Source of the DNA: Amoebidium appalachense
Taxonomy: Eukaryota; Protista; Ichthyosporea
DNA length: 64,000 bases
Direction: 5' to 3'
Assembly (NCBI GenBank): GCA_963693365.1
Contig: CAVNZM010000016.1
Coordinates: 4,769,149 to 4,833,148, forward strand
Position 1 is the first letter of the stretch, and each line of letters begins with the position of its first letter. The translations under genes were made by a program, and so were the position numbers. The notes below the pieces were generated by a model. It ran no database searches, was not told the DNA's origin, and saw only the letters and a program-made list of their open reading frames with translations. Of the stretch, positions 36,924 to 57,862 are shown in pieces.

Positions 36924-37157
36924 AACATTGAGTATTTCATTTCCTCTGCACCGTGCACATGCAAAAGCCCTTGGAGAACCGCAGAACGAACGACTGGGAG
37001 ACCTAGATACGACGCAAAGGGGGGGGGGGGGGGGGGGGTTTATACATAAAACCAAAAATAAAGATGGAAATTTGGGGGGGAGGGGGGGGGGGATTTACTG
37101 ATGTGGGATGTCATTTGAATCTTTTTCTTGCCCGCTCTCATTCACCAAGCCGACCAT
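19448..37157 (-). CDS. Very large (>2400 aa) PHD plus two-MYND chromatin/transcription protein. Supported exons: 36863-36777, 34551-34474 (split PHD), 29364-29283, 28113-28007, 27643-22786, 21617-19448. Tentative exons near 37157-37099, 33160-33091, 32442-32299, 32251-31966
   Basis: PHD CAECGKGFNDDDAFCNECFLS|FHRACNKPPLEGEPPDDFRCHYC joins in phase 1. MYND1 CSRC...CERC..CYCTDDCLQADW...HPTVC lies at ~24710-24820. MYND2 CRLCGQPADLYCC...YCSEECQVADWPRH lies at ~19520-19620. Also polyQ, polyN, an E/K-rich helix and an RD-rich tail. The phase-2 join 22786/21617 is consistent. Linkage of the 5' exons to the 3' exons is not fully resolved. Confidence 0.68.
28124..28402. repeat. 31-bp intronic minisatellite (TGGTGAATATTCATGCATGTTAGGGGTCCAT), ~9 copies
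   Basis: Near-identical tandem units, each containing the palindromes GAATATTC and CATGCATG. Confidence 0.95.
29386..29505. repeat. ~52-bp degenerate tandem repeat, ~2.5 copies
   Basis: GTCAGAA(A/G)CCGG...ATATGTC recurs with ~50-bp spacing. Confidence 0.7.
29930..30170. repeat. 50-bp minisatellite, ~4-5 copies
   Basis: ACAAACAAGAACACGGTGACCTACATTCAGTGATCAGTGAGTGTGCTTGC starts at 29977 and again at 30027, with degenerate flanking copies. Confidence 0.9.
30644..31245. mobile_element. MITE / non-autonomous DNA transposon (~600 bp) with 33-bp TIRs
   Basis: Left end gcattctaggatacatgtctgggcgaaccctgc (30644-30676) versus reverse complement of 31213-31245 gcattctagtatacatgtctgggcgaaacctac (3 mismatches). 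The interior is AT-rich and non-coding. Confidence 0.85.
33178..33345. repeat. Two-copy ~105-bp tandem duplication
   Basis: GTTG(A/G)TTCGGGT(C/T)AGGCACATGCA...AAACATGCGGA(C/T)ATAGGGCAATTACTACT occurs twice. Confidence 0.8.
33391..33705. repeat. 45-bp AT-rich minisatellite, ~7 copies
   Basis: AAGAAAAATAACTACGTGAATACTAAATAAACTACTAAGCTCTAA tandem units. Confidence 0.93.
34900..35874. mobile_element. 975-bp non-autonomous element with TG...CA ends, perfect 14-bp TIRs and a 4-bp TSD (AGAG), inside the intron that splits the PHD finger
   Basis: TGATAATTCGCATG at 34900-34913 and CATGCGAATTATCA at 35861-35874. AGAG at 34896-34899 and 35875-35878. The interior lacks the microsatellites that fill the surrounding intron. 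Confidence 0.85.
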
Positions 37158-37499
37158 GTCTCCAGTGATTTTCTTACAGGGAACTCCGTAATATCGCATT
37201 GCATGGTACTTACCTGGAGATAATTCTCTTGAAAAAATGAAACGTATTTGGATCGAGGCACCAGACAGCGCTAAGAATGGATGTATAGAGCAGTTGCTAT
37301 AGACACAACGAGATAATTACGCAGATATTTGATAAGATGGAAGACATATCTTGTCATCTTACATAGTACTTACATGGAAACACATCCCGTAGCAGGCATG
37401 CATAGAATTCCCCGCTTGTTCTCAGCCGCACAACACAGCTGTCGGACCTCGGCACCACAACCGTGCCCTCGTATAGCTGTGGGGGGGGGAGGTAAGGGG

Positions 37500-37845
37500 A
37501 GAAAGATTAGGATGTGTGTGTGATAGCACTGCCGATCTAATTTGTGGGTGTGAAAAGGATATTAAGCTACACTGGAGAATTTAGTTCTTTGTATGGCTAT
37601 GAGATAGGAGGGAAGATTAGGATGTGTGTGTCATGATTCTGTTGATTTGATTTGACAGTGTGGAAAGGAATTAGGCTACACCAAAGAATCCAATTCTTTT
37701 TAAATCAGGAGATAGAAGAGTAACATTAGCTTGTGTATGTGTGATGACACTGCCGGTCTGCATTCTGAGTGTGGAAAAAAAATAAGGCTACACTTAAGAC
37801 AAATGATTTGATAGTTTTGAAAAGGAAATCAGGCTACACTGTGGA
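37500..37845. repeat. Degenerate ~110-bp tandem repeat, ~3 copies
   Basis: AAGATTAGGATGTGTGTG...GTGTG(G/A)AAA...A(A/G)GCTACAC recurs at ~37503, ~37613 and ~37722. Confidence 0.7.
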
Positions 37846-38897
37846 TCTGATTTGATAACATCTATAGATCTGATGTGATAGCACAAAAAGGCAAAAAAAA
37901 GGCTTCACTATCGATCTGATCCGCAAAAAGCTACAATGTCTTGATTTGACAATATGTAATGAAAACTACACCGCACAAGAGTGAGTGTGGCCGCGGATGG
38001 GCGGATGGGCCATTAGAAGCATAAAAACACGTTGTGGCTGTTATGTGATGGCTGTGTGTATGTCTCTGAGTGCATATCGTATGCGCCTGTGCTCGTTAGT
38101 CGGTATTGTGGCGTAACCGCCTGGGTACACGTGCATATGTGCATGGCCGGATATGGCTGTGTGTGTGTGTATGTGTGTATAACTATGTGCATGTGCACAT
38201 GCAACCATGTCTGTGTGTGTGTGTGTGTGTGTGTGTTATGGTATGTATGGATGTGGTGCATGTGTGGTGTGTGCACCCACCCACGCGCGCGTGTGTGTGA
38301 GCATGTGTGTGTGTGCATCTGCGTGCGTTGTTGGTATGGGCATGTGCATGTGTGTGCGCGCATGTGTGTGTGCGTGTGTGTGTGTGCATGTGCGCATACA
38401 GGCATCTGCCTGCATCTGGGTGTGTGTGTGCCTGTGTGTGCACCCATGTATATAGAACGTATCCTTGCATGTGGAAGTCATCAGGCCTGCACATATGTTT
38501 GCTCATATGTGTGTGTGGCCCCGGCTGCGCAAACACATTGCACTTTCTTCGTTTTGGAGTGGGTGTGGGTGGGTGTGGATAAATAGCTCGATGTGTGTGT
38601 GTTTCTACATAGTGTGCATGCTCGTGTCCAAGGGTGCCCCCCGGGGGGGGGGGGGGGAGGGGGGGAGGGGGGGGGGGTCTTTTCTTTCTTGCCTTTTTGT
38701 TTTCTTTTTCTTCTTATAGGAAGGGGGTGTACAGGGGGGAAGGGGGGGGGGGGGGGGGGGGGGGGGGATGTATGCGTTAGAGGGTTGGAAATATGGAGGA
38801 GACAACAAAGAGCAAACGCAAAAACGTCACAAAAATGAGAAGCGTGCAGGCAGAAGGGAAGGGGAGGGGGGGGGGGGGGGGGGTTGTTACCAATCCA

Positions 38898-39503
38898 TCA
38901 GCCCCACTCCTGACCCTCACCCTCTCTCCGTCGGAGAAGGTCCTGAGAAAGCAAAAAAACATGTATCAGCAAATCATATTGATACTTCCCACCCCCCCAC
39001 TTCTCAAGAATTTTCCTCCCAATTCTCAAGCATTTTTTCCCTCGCTTCTCAAGCAAACCTCCTCCCTCCCCCCTCCCTTGCTCAAGATTTCTTCCCCACT
39101 TCTCAAGCATTCCTCCCCCTCCCCTCCCCTCCCCAAACCGATACACACGCACACACACACAGACACTTAGGCATTTTCCCCCGCTTCTCAAGCATCCCCC
39201 CCCCCTTCCCCCGCCCCTTCTTCTCAAGCATATTTTTCCCAACTTCTCAAGCATATTTTTCCCAACTTCTCAAGCATATTTTTCCCAACTTCTCAAGCAT
39301 ATTTTTCCCAACTTCTCAAGCATATTTTTCCCAACTTCTCAAGCATATTTTTCCCAACTTCTCAAGCATATTTTTCCCAACTTCTCAAGCATATTTTTCC
39401 CAACTTCTCAAGCATTCCTCCCATCCCCAACCCCCCCTTTACATCTCAAGCTTTTCCCCCCCACTTCTCAGGCATTGCCCTCCCTCTACCCCCCTCCCCT
39501 CCC

Positions 39504-39534
<31 letters not shown>

Positions 39535-39956
39535 ACACACTTCTCAAGCATTCTACCTCACTTCTCAAGATTCCCCTCCCTTCCCCCCCCCCCTCCCCCC
39601 CTCCCCCCCCCCCCCCCAAACATCCCCCCCCCACCCCCCCCTTCCCCCCCTTGGCCCTCTCTCTCAGGCGATTTTTTCTCAACTTCCATCATCTCTTGGG
39701 TATTTCCCCCATCCCTGACTTCTCATTCATCCCCCCTCTCCCCCTCCCCTCCCGCTTCTCCCCCCTCCCCCCCCCCCCCCCCCCCCCCCAAAAAAAAAGG
39801 AAAAAAGAAAAAGAAAAAAAAAACATCCCAAGCCCATCACCCACATAGTTCTGTTGCTGTCTCCATCGGCACCCAGTTGATCTTCACTGGCTGGGGCAGA
39901 TTCAACTGACCCGTGATGCTGCTCGATCGGCAGCCCACTCATCGGCCCGGTTTGAG
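38898..39956 (-). CDS. Possible 3' exons of a small hypothetical gene (~39956-39841 and ~38942-38898), perhaps starting near 41.5 kb head-to-head with the AIG1-like gene
   Basis: Non-repetitive islands with AG/GT boundaries splice to PQTGPMSGLPIEQHHGSVESAPASEDQLGADGDSNRTMW|DLLRRREGEGQEWG*. No recognisable domain. Confidence 0.3.
39001..39690. repeat. 23-bp minisatellite (TTCTCAAGCATATTTTTCCCAAC), ~8 perfect copies at 39221-39415 with degenerate flanking copies
   Basis: Directly visible tandem units. Confidence 0.93.
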
Positions 39957-40162
39957 GCTGAAGGGGGGGGGGAAAAAAAGTCAGCAACTAAATTATTAAA
40001 CATGAAAAAAAGGGCAAAGAAACGAGTGTTGAATATATAATCATATACTGAGATGGTATTTAATTCTTTATATAGTGTGCCCCCTCTTGTTCCTACTCCG
40101 CGCGCGCGCGCGCGCGCGCGTGTGTGTGTGTGTATGTGTGTGTGTGCACGTGCGTGGGTGCG

Positions 40163-40253
<91 letters not shown>

Positions 40254-40730
40254 GTGTGTGCGTGTGTGTGCTTGCTTGTATTTATGTGTATTTCTGGGTA
40301 TGCACTCACTTGCGTACTAAGACATTTCGTATAATATGTTAAAAGAAGGGCCATCCAACCTCCGAAAGTGTGTTCGTATGTGTGCGTGTGTGTGTGTGCA
40401 TCTGTGTGTATGTGTGGGTGTGGGTGTTTGTGTTGTGCTCGTCTGTGTGTTTGTGCGCGCCCACTCGCGGTGTGCTTAGGGAGTGGATACATGTCTGTGT
40501 GTGTGTTAACTCACTCGTGCCCAGTGTACCTGTGTTGATATATATGAAGGCTCGTGATAAAGGGTAATAACTCCCCCACCCTTCACTCACACACATACAC
40601 ATGCATTCACCGAGAAGGGGGGGGAAGGGGGGGGGGGGGGAGGAGCAGAGAGAAAGAGAGGGGAAGAGAGAGAGAGAGCAGATAAAGAGAGGGAGAGGGG
40701 GGAGAGAGGGGGGGGGGGGAGAAGAGAGAG

Positions 40731-40789
<59 letters not shown>

Positions 40790-41769
40790 GAGAGAGAGAG
40801 AGAGGATGGCAGGGAGGGGGAGGGAGAGCGGGGAGGGGGAAAGAGAGAGAGAGTGTGTGTGTGTATGAGCAGAGAGAAAGATGGGGGAGAGTGGGGAGCA
40901 GAGAAAGAGAGGGAGAGGGAGAGGGAGAGCAGAGAGAGAGAGAGAGGCGGTGAGGGGGGGGGGAGAGAAGGAGAGGGGGAAAGAGAGCAACCAGAGAGCA
41001 AGAAATGCACTCCCAGCCCTGCGTCCCTTCCACTTTACCCGACAGCATAAAAAAAAACACCACCAGCACCAAAAAGAGAACAAAAAAAACCGATATTAAG
41101 TCTACAAGAGCGAGCCTGGATTCTTTGTGCCACACAAGAACCAGCATCCAGCTTCGCCTGTTCAGCACCAAGAAAGGATGCAAGATGCAAGAAAACACTC
41201 AGTATGGTGTCCCTTTTGTCTTTCCCTTCCCAAATTACACACATAAACGTTCGATGCGCTCGTTAATGTGCAGCTTTAGGAGCATTACACATGGCCGGAA
41301 CAAGGAAGGGCACCGGTCCAAATTTTGCTGAGGAAAAACAGGGTGAACAAAGGGGCGGGGAGAGAGAGGGGTAGATGAGGCGCACTAACCGATGGCGCTG
41401 TGCTGTCCACCTCCCAAGCTCAGCGAAAGAACGGGGACACCATTTCGTTGTCTTTGCACGCTAAAACCAGCACAAAATCTCTCTCTGCCGGCCCTGAAGC
41501 CGAAAAACTCCTGCAAGAACAGTCCGGAACTCCCTCACTCGATAACATGAAAAAATGAAACGAAAATAATAGTGAAGCTTTCTGGGAGCAGACACCTTCA
41601 CAACTATATCCTGTCTCAAATAATCATTGGCGATATGGTGCCTCTAGCCCGACAAAAGATCTTTTTAGTTGTGTCTCTACACAGACAGCGAACCACGCGT
41701 GAGAAATGCCTTTTGGCGCGCCTTTGCGCTACTGGACGGGGGAGTTACACTAATGAAAATTAAACAATG

Positions 41770-41820
41770 AACCCCAATCACAAACATGTACGTCAGATGA
41801 TTGGGTGTCAATCAATCAAA
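41770..41820. promoter_or_regulatory. Opposed CCAAT boxes upstream of the AIG1-like gene (possible bidirectional promoter)
   Basis: CCAATCA at ~41773 and TGATTGG at ~41798. Similar TGATTGG motifs occur upstream of the DUSP gene (~4824, ~4866) and CCAATCA upstream of the FkbM gene (60761). Confidence 0.35.
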
Positions 41821-42076
41821 AATGAAGTCAGAACTTGGTACTGCTGGTGGGTTCCAATGCACCATCACTGCGCAGCCTGCGCCTCGGGGCTGTGACCAGC
41901 AAAACGACGATGCCACAGAGCGCGGCCAGCGCGGCTGGAGAGAGAGTTTGCCCATGTTTACACTCCCAACATCATGGTCATGCTGCAAAACAGTCTACGT
42001 TTGTAACATTTACCACCACTGACTATACGTGCCCGTATCTACTGAGTACTCATGCCTGTGACAGTGCCAAGTGAAG

Positions 42077-42865
42077 ATGGGAAAACTCACAGAGCATGCG
42101 ACAAACCCAGAAGGAACGGGACGCGTGAACGGCAAATCCTTTGAAACGAGAGCGAGCACCGAAAGATCCTTGTTTCCTTTTTGCTTCCACGTCACAGCAG
42201 CACTAGTAGAACTGTCTGTGTGGGGCTACATGGTTAGCGTTGGCTGGCTGCATTGGTACCTGTTTTTCTTCTTTACCATCTGGACACAGGCTGCTCTCAC
42301 TGTTTATTTCTGTCTCTCATCTTTTAATGACTGGCGAAGGCACAAAGAGGGTCGTGCACTTCATTCGGCCTGTGATAATACAGCAGCTTCTTCCGGGAGT
42401 TGGAAACCCACGTTAACAGATGTTTACCATGGCACATTTGTGATGTCTTTCATCACATCTACCGTGTTCTGGGGCCTATATCTCACGGAGCCAACACTGA
42501 TCATTGGTGGATTTGGAAAGTTTTACTATCCCCCACTACTCAACCACGCACACCACACGTTTCCCATCGTTTCAGTTTTCCTGGAACTTCTCATCAACAG
42601 GCCGGGTGAGGGGAGTCCCTCTGCTCAGCTGACACTTCTTACGTGCATTAGTTTGGGTTACTTCTCCGGTATAATTGTGTTGTATTTTTCGTTTTCGGCC
42701 AGCCCGTACCCGTTTATGGAATTCTTTTCCGGCCCTTTACTAGCTGTGTTTTTCGGTGCTTCTTACGGTATAAGCTATGGACTATTATTGTTCTCACGGC
42801 TTCTTTCCAGGTTGGTGGCCCTGGTGGAGGGGGTGAGTTCTAAACATGTAAAAAAGGGTAAATAG
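42077..42865 (+). CDS. FAR-17a/AIG1/ADTRP-family multipass membrane protein (putative Thr/His hydrolase), intronless
   Basis: About six hydrophobic segments. FFFTIWT (catalytic Thr position), S..TSTVFW.LY, LNHAHHTFP (catalytic His position) and SPYPFM match the family hallmarks. ATG at 42077. Confidence 0.85.
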   Translation: MGKLTEHATNPEGTGRVNGKSFETRASTERSLFPFCFHVTAALVELSVWGYMVSVGWLHWYLFFFFTIWTQAALTVYFCLSSFNDWRRHKEGRALHSACDNTAASSGSWKPTLTDVYHGTFVMSFITSTVFWGLYLTEPTLIIGGFGKFYYPPLLNHAHHTFPIVSVFLELLINRPGEGSPSAQLTLLTCISLGYFSGIIVLYFSFSASPYPFMEFFSGPLLAVFFGASYGISYGLLLFSRLLSRLVALVEGVSSKHVKKGK

Positions 42866-43558
42866 ACCAGGTTCTCGCTTTGAAATTTGAAAGGACCTTT
42901 CAGAATATTTTCGTGTGGTCAGTTAATCAATGAAGACAGCTTTCCTTTTTCTTTTTTTTTTTTTTTTTTTTTTTTTGGCATCTGACGCGTGAGTATAGTG
43001 AATGGTTAGCCGTGTTGCATGGACCATGTCGATTTTGCTGACACTTCAATGATTATACAAGACTCTCGTTGTGCTAACAGCCTACTTTGTATAGTCTTTG
43101 TTATAATCTCATGGTTCACGATCTAACATTTCCACTGGCCCTTTACTGTCTCTTGGTATCTGTATCAAGAATTCATAGTGTCCCATAATATCGTGTTCTG
43201 CTTGTGTATGTACGTCTTTGCCCTCAGTCACGTATACACAACACACACATACATACTCGTATTCACACACACACACACCGTGCGCACAACACACTCACAC
43301 ACATACACGTACACGAACCCCCGGCTGTACTTGCATACATACCATCAAACACACACACACACACACACACTGTAACTACCGCAATCGCTGTGGCCTTGCC
43401 TGGCGATGATTAATTCATCCAATAAAGGTACAGCAATTTTGGTCTCGGTGCCGACATTCCGCTTAGACAAAGAGAATCGTGGTTTTTCTTTTTCATGGCT
43501 ACTTTTTTTTTATGCGGGTTTGGTGGTGGTGGTTGGGTGGTGGTGCTGGTGGTGTTTT

Positions 43559-43589
<31 letters not shown>

Positions 43590-43915
43590 TAGGGGAACTC
43601 GCAGGTTTACAACGGGTCACAAAGCCTAACGTGCAAAGCAGATCTGGAGGGACATGTGTGTACGTGTGTGAGCCTGTGTGCGTGAGCGTGTGTACGGTAC
43701 GCTCATACGCGTGCTTTCCTGTGTGCGTGTATCACAGTCACTCATATGCACAATTGCATGCATGCAGCATATGTAACGCTCATATTACATCTGCAAGGGG
43801 AAAACTGTGCTTCTTAAGACAGTATTGTGCAATCAGTTCAGTCAATGACATTTGGTTTTTTCACCGATATATACGTGTTGCTGCTATTCCCGCATGGGGG
43901 CGGCTATGTCCGCAG

Positions 43916-43948
<33 letters not shown>

Positions 43949-44280
43949 CTCTGAACCGAACCTATCTTTTCCATTCTACATTGGATTGGGCAAGGTTTGA
44001 TGTAAAGAACAAAAATGTGAATTGAAATAAACCCTGCATGACTACAGATGTCGTCCACCAATACCCCCCCCCCCCCCCCCCCCCCCCTCCCCGCCTCCCC
44101 TCCTCCCCCTCCCCCCCCTCAACTCAGCCCAACCCAAGCCCCTCTTCCCTCCCCCCACCACCACCACACACACACACACACCAAAAAAAAGAAACAAAGG
44201 CCCCGAGAATGTGGCCGTGGTTCATGTTCTTAGCTTTTTTGAATGTTTAGTCAGCCGCTGTGATGTTGGTAGCCACTGGG

Positions 44281-44322
<42 letters not shown>

Positions 44323-45002
44323 GAGAGGAAGGGGCACCGCATATCTGAAGCGGAGTGGGGAGGGGGAGGGGGGAACATAAGTGAGAAGAGGGGGGGGGGG
44401 GGGGGGGGGGGGGATAGGCAGTATGGTTTAAAAAAAATCGGCCAGCTGCTCACAAATAACAAAAAAAGCCATAATCTGGCCGTGGTCACGGCCCTCTGAA
44501 AAAAAGAGGGCCGTGCCGTGGTGCTTGTTCTTGAAAAACCGTGCACTTGGCCACTAACATGTTTTTATTGGTGGGGGCCTCTTAATGACGAACGAAATCT
44601 GTTTTAGTCCATCACTATACCAGAATAGAGCTGCATATAACATTGGTAGGTCAAACCTACGAATACGTTACAAATACGTGAATTTCGGCTGTAACCAGCT
44701 ATAATCTTTTATCACCAGGCCCCCATAGCCCACAAGGACAAAGGATGACGTATGGCACTACGTCGGACAGGGGTCAACACGCACGTGAGGGAAGTGTGCG
44801 TACACGTGCGTGCACGCGTGTAGATCCGCGGGTATGTGTGTGCCTAGCCTAAATGCCCCGGAGCTGCCTGATTTGCTGCGCGTGTTTTCAGTATTTGCCA
44901 ATAAATGCTAGTTACCCACAAACATTGCTGGCCGCTTCTAACGGATAGTTTTGATTGGCTACCACAATTATTTCGGATCCTTGATATCCTCTTCTTTTCT
45001 AT

Positions 45003-52959
<7,957 letters not shown>

Positions 52960-54880
52960 GTTTGAGATCCCTTGAAAAGCTGCTCTTGAGGAATGACAGA
53001 GAGAACACTGAAGAACTTTATAAAATGAGGTTTTCTATTGTTACTTTCTTTTTATTCTGGCTATATTTGTCATTTTTGTATTAACAATTACGGCCCAGAT
53101 CCTCGATCCACAGTTTGAGGACCTTATTGGAAGTAACGAGGGAAGGACAGGTGGTGCCCCTTTTTGCGCGGTCATGCAGGAAGGATCCTACGTGCTTCTC
53201 TCGTGGCGTGACCTCAACAAATTCATATTTCAAGCACTCCAGGTGAGACTACGTTCTCGTTTTCACTTCAAGAAGTTTAGGCTGATGTAAAACGGTGCCC
53301 GATGCCCAAATTGTGTGCGTCAAAATGGTCCCCTACGGTGGGCCCACCATAGATCCGTCCCGAATAGTGATTCAACTCTAAAGTTTCCTTTCAAGGCGTT
53401 ATCACGGTCATTTAAACTACTTCTAGTATAAAAATAAAGGTTCACAGGCGTACCTCGACCATCCACTTGTGAAAGCCCTCTAACGTGCTAGCCTAGATCT
53501 GAAGGATCCACAAGGAAGGAACGTAGATATCGATCCTCGACCCTCACCTCACAATCATTGAACTATGGTGTTGGATTACTGTTGCTTTACATCTACATCT
53601 ATGGCACAACTCTACACGGGTATAAAAGAAGCACATATGTTCATGTATATGTACAGTAGTTTATGCACGTGTTATAAAACTTTTGAGTGTACGCCGACGG
53701 AAGACTTGAGTATGACTCGCCCACAGTTGAAAACAGCCAGCCTGCTGACAGCCAGCTAACTGGAGCTGTCTGATTGGGTTAGAGCGTATCGATAGATTCG
53801 ATACGCCTCCGATTATGGAGCTGGAATAGATCGCATGCGGGGCAAAAGCAACAGTAAAAGAAGGAAGAAAAATGAAAATAAGCTTTTTATAAAATTGCAT
53901 ATACTCTTTTATAGGTATTTTTTTTTTCGATGTATTGCTTTACTGGCCTTTGTATTTATGAGATTTGTGTTAACACAGTCATACGGAAATATGGAAGGAG
54001 CTTAGTCTGAATCCGTACTTATCGAATGTGCGCCAATCAAATTGGGGATAAGAAAATGAGAGGGTGCGTATTCGTCCAATGATGTGTATGTAGCCTGCAG
54101 GCTGTTGCTGTCAGGAATGTGCATGTGCCATGCGTGGGTGCGCTTACACGTGTCTGCCACACCCACGCATGCATGAACATTGCACACGTGTTCTTATCAT
54201 GGCGATATCATCGCTTGAATTACTGCATGAGCACATTCGATATTAGTGTAGTGAAAAAACATAACGGATGTTGAGTGCACTGCTATCAAAATATTATCAC
54301 TATGCCGCGAAACACACCCGATTTAAATGAATCCCGAGCACCTCCAGTGACATCGATCGGTGTTTCACATGTGTAGCTACTATACACGTAAGTTTCGACA
54401 TGCATGTGTGCACGCCACGCACCAGCAACACCGTATTGCTATGTGCGGTGCCCGGTGCGGGACTTGACACGCGACATAACGACAGGGCATACCGACGTGG
54501 TTATGGCGTTACTTTATGCAATAATAATAATAAGTTTACGAAATTCACGATTACTATCCCAAAGGAATAAGAAAGAAGGAAACAAAGCCTAAAATGAAAT
54601 GAAGATGAAACACTAGCACTGGGGGAAAAAAGGAAGATGATATATCCATTTAGAGATTGATGCTGCTACATACTCTGGCGGCATCTGCAACAACTGAGTA
54701 TGTGCCCAAAAGCTTATTATGTTGCCAAAAAAAGCATTTCGGTCGAGTTTTGAGTTTTAATTGTTTTATTTTTATATCATTTCATTTCTTTTTTGTTTCC
54801 CTCTTTCTTACTCTTTCTTCTCTTTTATTTGATCTTCTTCTTCCTTTTCTTCCTCTTCTTCACACAACACACACACACGG

Positions 54881-54930
<50 letters not shown>

Positions 54931-54933
54931 TCA

Positions 54934-54970
<37 letters not shown>

Positions 54971-55118
54971 ACACACACACGCACACACAAGAGTTCTCTC
55001 TCTCTCTCCCTCCCTGTGCCCCCCTTCCTCCCCTCCCCCCCCCCTCCCTCCCCCCCCCCCCTTCACACACACACACACACGAGTTCTCTCCCTCCCTCCC
55101 TCCCTGTGGCCCCCTTCC

Positions 55119-55173
<55 letters not shown>

Positions 55174-55520
55174 ACCCTGAGGTTTTTTGTTGAGACCCCC
55201 CCCCCCCCCCTTCTTCTGAAGTGTTAAATAGTAAGAATATTCATGTTTAGTTAGTGTTTATGGAAAAAATTTGCGCGGCAAAACTTCCCACCCAAATTTC
55301 CCTATGGCTAATCAGTCAGATTGCGATTGGTCGATGCAAAATCCCCCCCCCCTCCCCCCCTCCCCCCTCCCCCCCTTCCTTCCTTCTTAAATGTTTTTCT
55401 CTTTCTTTCTTTCTTTTTTTTTCCCTTTTTTTTTTTTCTTGGGGGGGAGGGGAAGGGGAGCTGGGGGAGGGGAGGGGGGAGGTGTGGGGTGGGGTGGGGG
55501 TGGGGGTGGAGGGAGAGGGG

Positions 55521-55555
<35 letters not shown>

Positions 55556-56489
55556 TGATGAATAGGTTGCCAGAGGGAGGGGATGGAGGCTCAGAAACAC
55601 AGGTGCACGTGCAGGAATTGGAGAGGGGAAATGCTATAGAGAGGAATCGTGGGGCACGCACGCACACACACACATTTACTCACGCGTGTGTGCGCACACA
55701 AACACACACACAAGCACACACACACACACACACACGTGCACACACACTGGGGCACGCACGCACACACACATTTACTCACGCGTGCGCACACACACACAGA
55801 CACAAGCACACACACACACACAAACACAAACACACACACACACACACACACTATGCTATGGCACGCAGACTCACACACAAAAGCACACACACGCACACAA
55901 ACACACACAGAGAGACACGTATACACACACACACACACCGTACACACATACACACACCCACACACACTGTGACGCACGTGCACACAAGCACACCTGTGCA
56001 CACACACACATACACATCCGGCCCACACGTGTTATCCCTGACCTGGTTGCTTTTTATGCTGTAACGTAACTTTGACTCAACCTCTGAACCAGAAATCACG
56101 TTACCATTATATCATACTGTATATCAGAGTTTCACGAAATCCCAAGCCCCTGGCCGGGCCGTGATGTGTTATAAGGCCTAAAATGCACTGCATGCCAAAT
56201 ATACCATTACTGTAGTACAGTGTAACTTGACTGAGAATATGTTGTGTCTTATTATGAGCAAGAATGGGGGCTATTCTTGTGGATCGTTATACAACATGGA
56301 ACCTTCCACAAACAGCACAAACAGAATATCATCCGATATATACAACATACACCCACCATGATCTCTAGTGAGGATTTCTATATGACCGAGGAGTTAAGAG
56401 ACACAAAGGACATGCGATGGGAGGAGACGGCATGGTGGTGGTGGTGGTAAGTGGTGGTGTGTGTGTGTGTGTGTGTGTGGCATTTTCTC

Positions 56490-57775
56490 CTATTGCCTAG
56501 ACTGAGCATACTCCGTATACTCCTTACTCACCCACATGATATCAGCGGGGCTCTGAGCCCTCAAATGGCCCCAATCCTTCATCTTGTCAAAGTTGGGGTA
56601 AAAGAGCATATCATAATCTCTCTTCTGCATCAGTTCAATATATTCGCGACTTCCTTCACAATCATGAGGTGCCATCAACTTGCAATGAATCACCTCAGAC
56701 GCAATGTAGGGCGGTCTCCGCTTCTTGTCGGCAAAAAGTTTCTCCGCGCCAGCATTGGACAGGCCGATTTTCTCGTATCCCTCAATGTCAATTTTCATGA
56801 ATCCCACCGGCACGTCAGGGGGGAGATAGTCGTCCAGCTTGACGTAGTGTGACTTAGATTGCACAACAAACTGGGGGAAAGAGGGGGGGGGGGGGGGGGG
56901 GGAGATGTTAGAATGTGTTACATAGTACGAGGTGCATATTCATGACGAATCAATGCAGATTCCAAGGCACGAATAAAGAATATATACATAATAGGCAGAG
57001 CCATTTCTTGTGGTGGTGGTGGTGGTGCCACGTGGGTGGGTGTTTGGAGGGGGGGGGGGAGGGGGGGGGGAGGACAAAAGTTACCAGGGCAACCTGTTGC
57101 GCCTTTGCACAATGCATGATTTCATATCGAACATTGTGTAGTTTAAGAATCCAATCACGGACTCTTAACAAGCCGTGAAAGTGTCGTGGAGCAAATAAGT
57201 GAAACTAGTGAGTGGATGGGGGGGGGGGGGGGGGGGGGACTGGGTGTGTGTATGTGTGTCTGTGTGTGTCTGTGTGTGTGTGTGCGCGCGCGTCCGCGTA
57301 CGTGCGTGTGTCCGTTTGTGTATGTGCACGCGCCTGTGCTTGCCACGGTGTGTACACCCATAGCTGTGTGGACATTCATACCAATGCACAGAGCGCTCTC
57401 ATTCATTCATCCTTGTGCACAAGCCCGTTCCACCCCCACCCTCCCACCACTATCGCCGCTCAGTCTCCCCCTCCTTCCCTTTCCCCTCTCCCTCCCCACC
57501 CACACCCACCCCCACTCCACCCCGATTTCTTCGGTCCTACCTCACCCTTTCATCGGTGTCGAGCATCAAATCTGACTACCTGGGTTCACTCCGTCCCCCC
57601 ATTCACAATTTTCATTTGTTGCACGAGCACATATATACTATCTTACATGGTCACGCGCACACACACACACATCATCACCAGCACACACACACATGCACCC
57701 TAGCCCGCCCACACTCCCACATACATACACTCAAACCACACTTTCACACTCAAGCACATCGGCATCGGCATCGGT

Positions 57776-57862
<87 letters not shown>

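Noticed and set aside
39001-39690. TTCTCAAGCA repeats with variable spacers resembling a CRISPR array
   Set aside because: The spacers are low-complexity and mutually related, the core copies are identical tandem units, there are no cas genes and the context is eukaryotic.
44262-44561. Possible degenerate MITE
   Set aside because: The putative TIRs share only about two-thirds identity and no TSD is evident.
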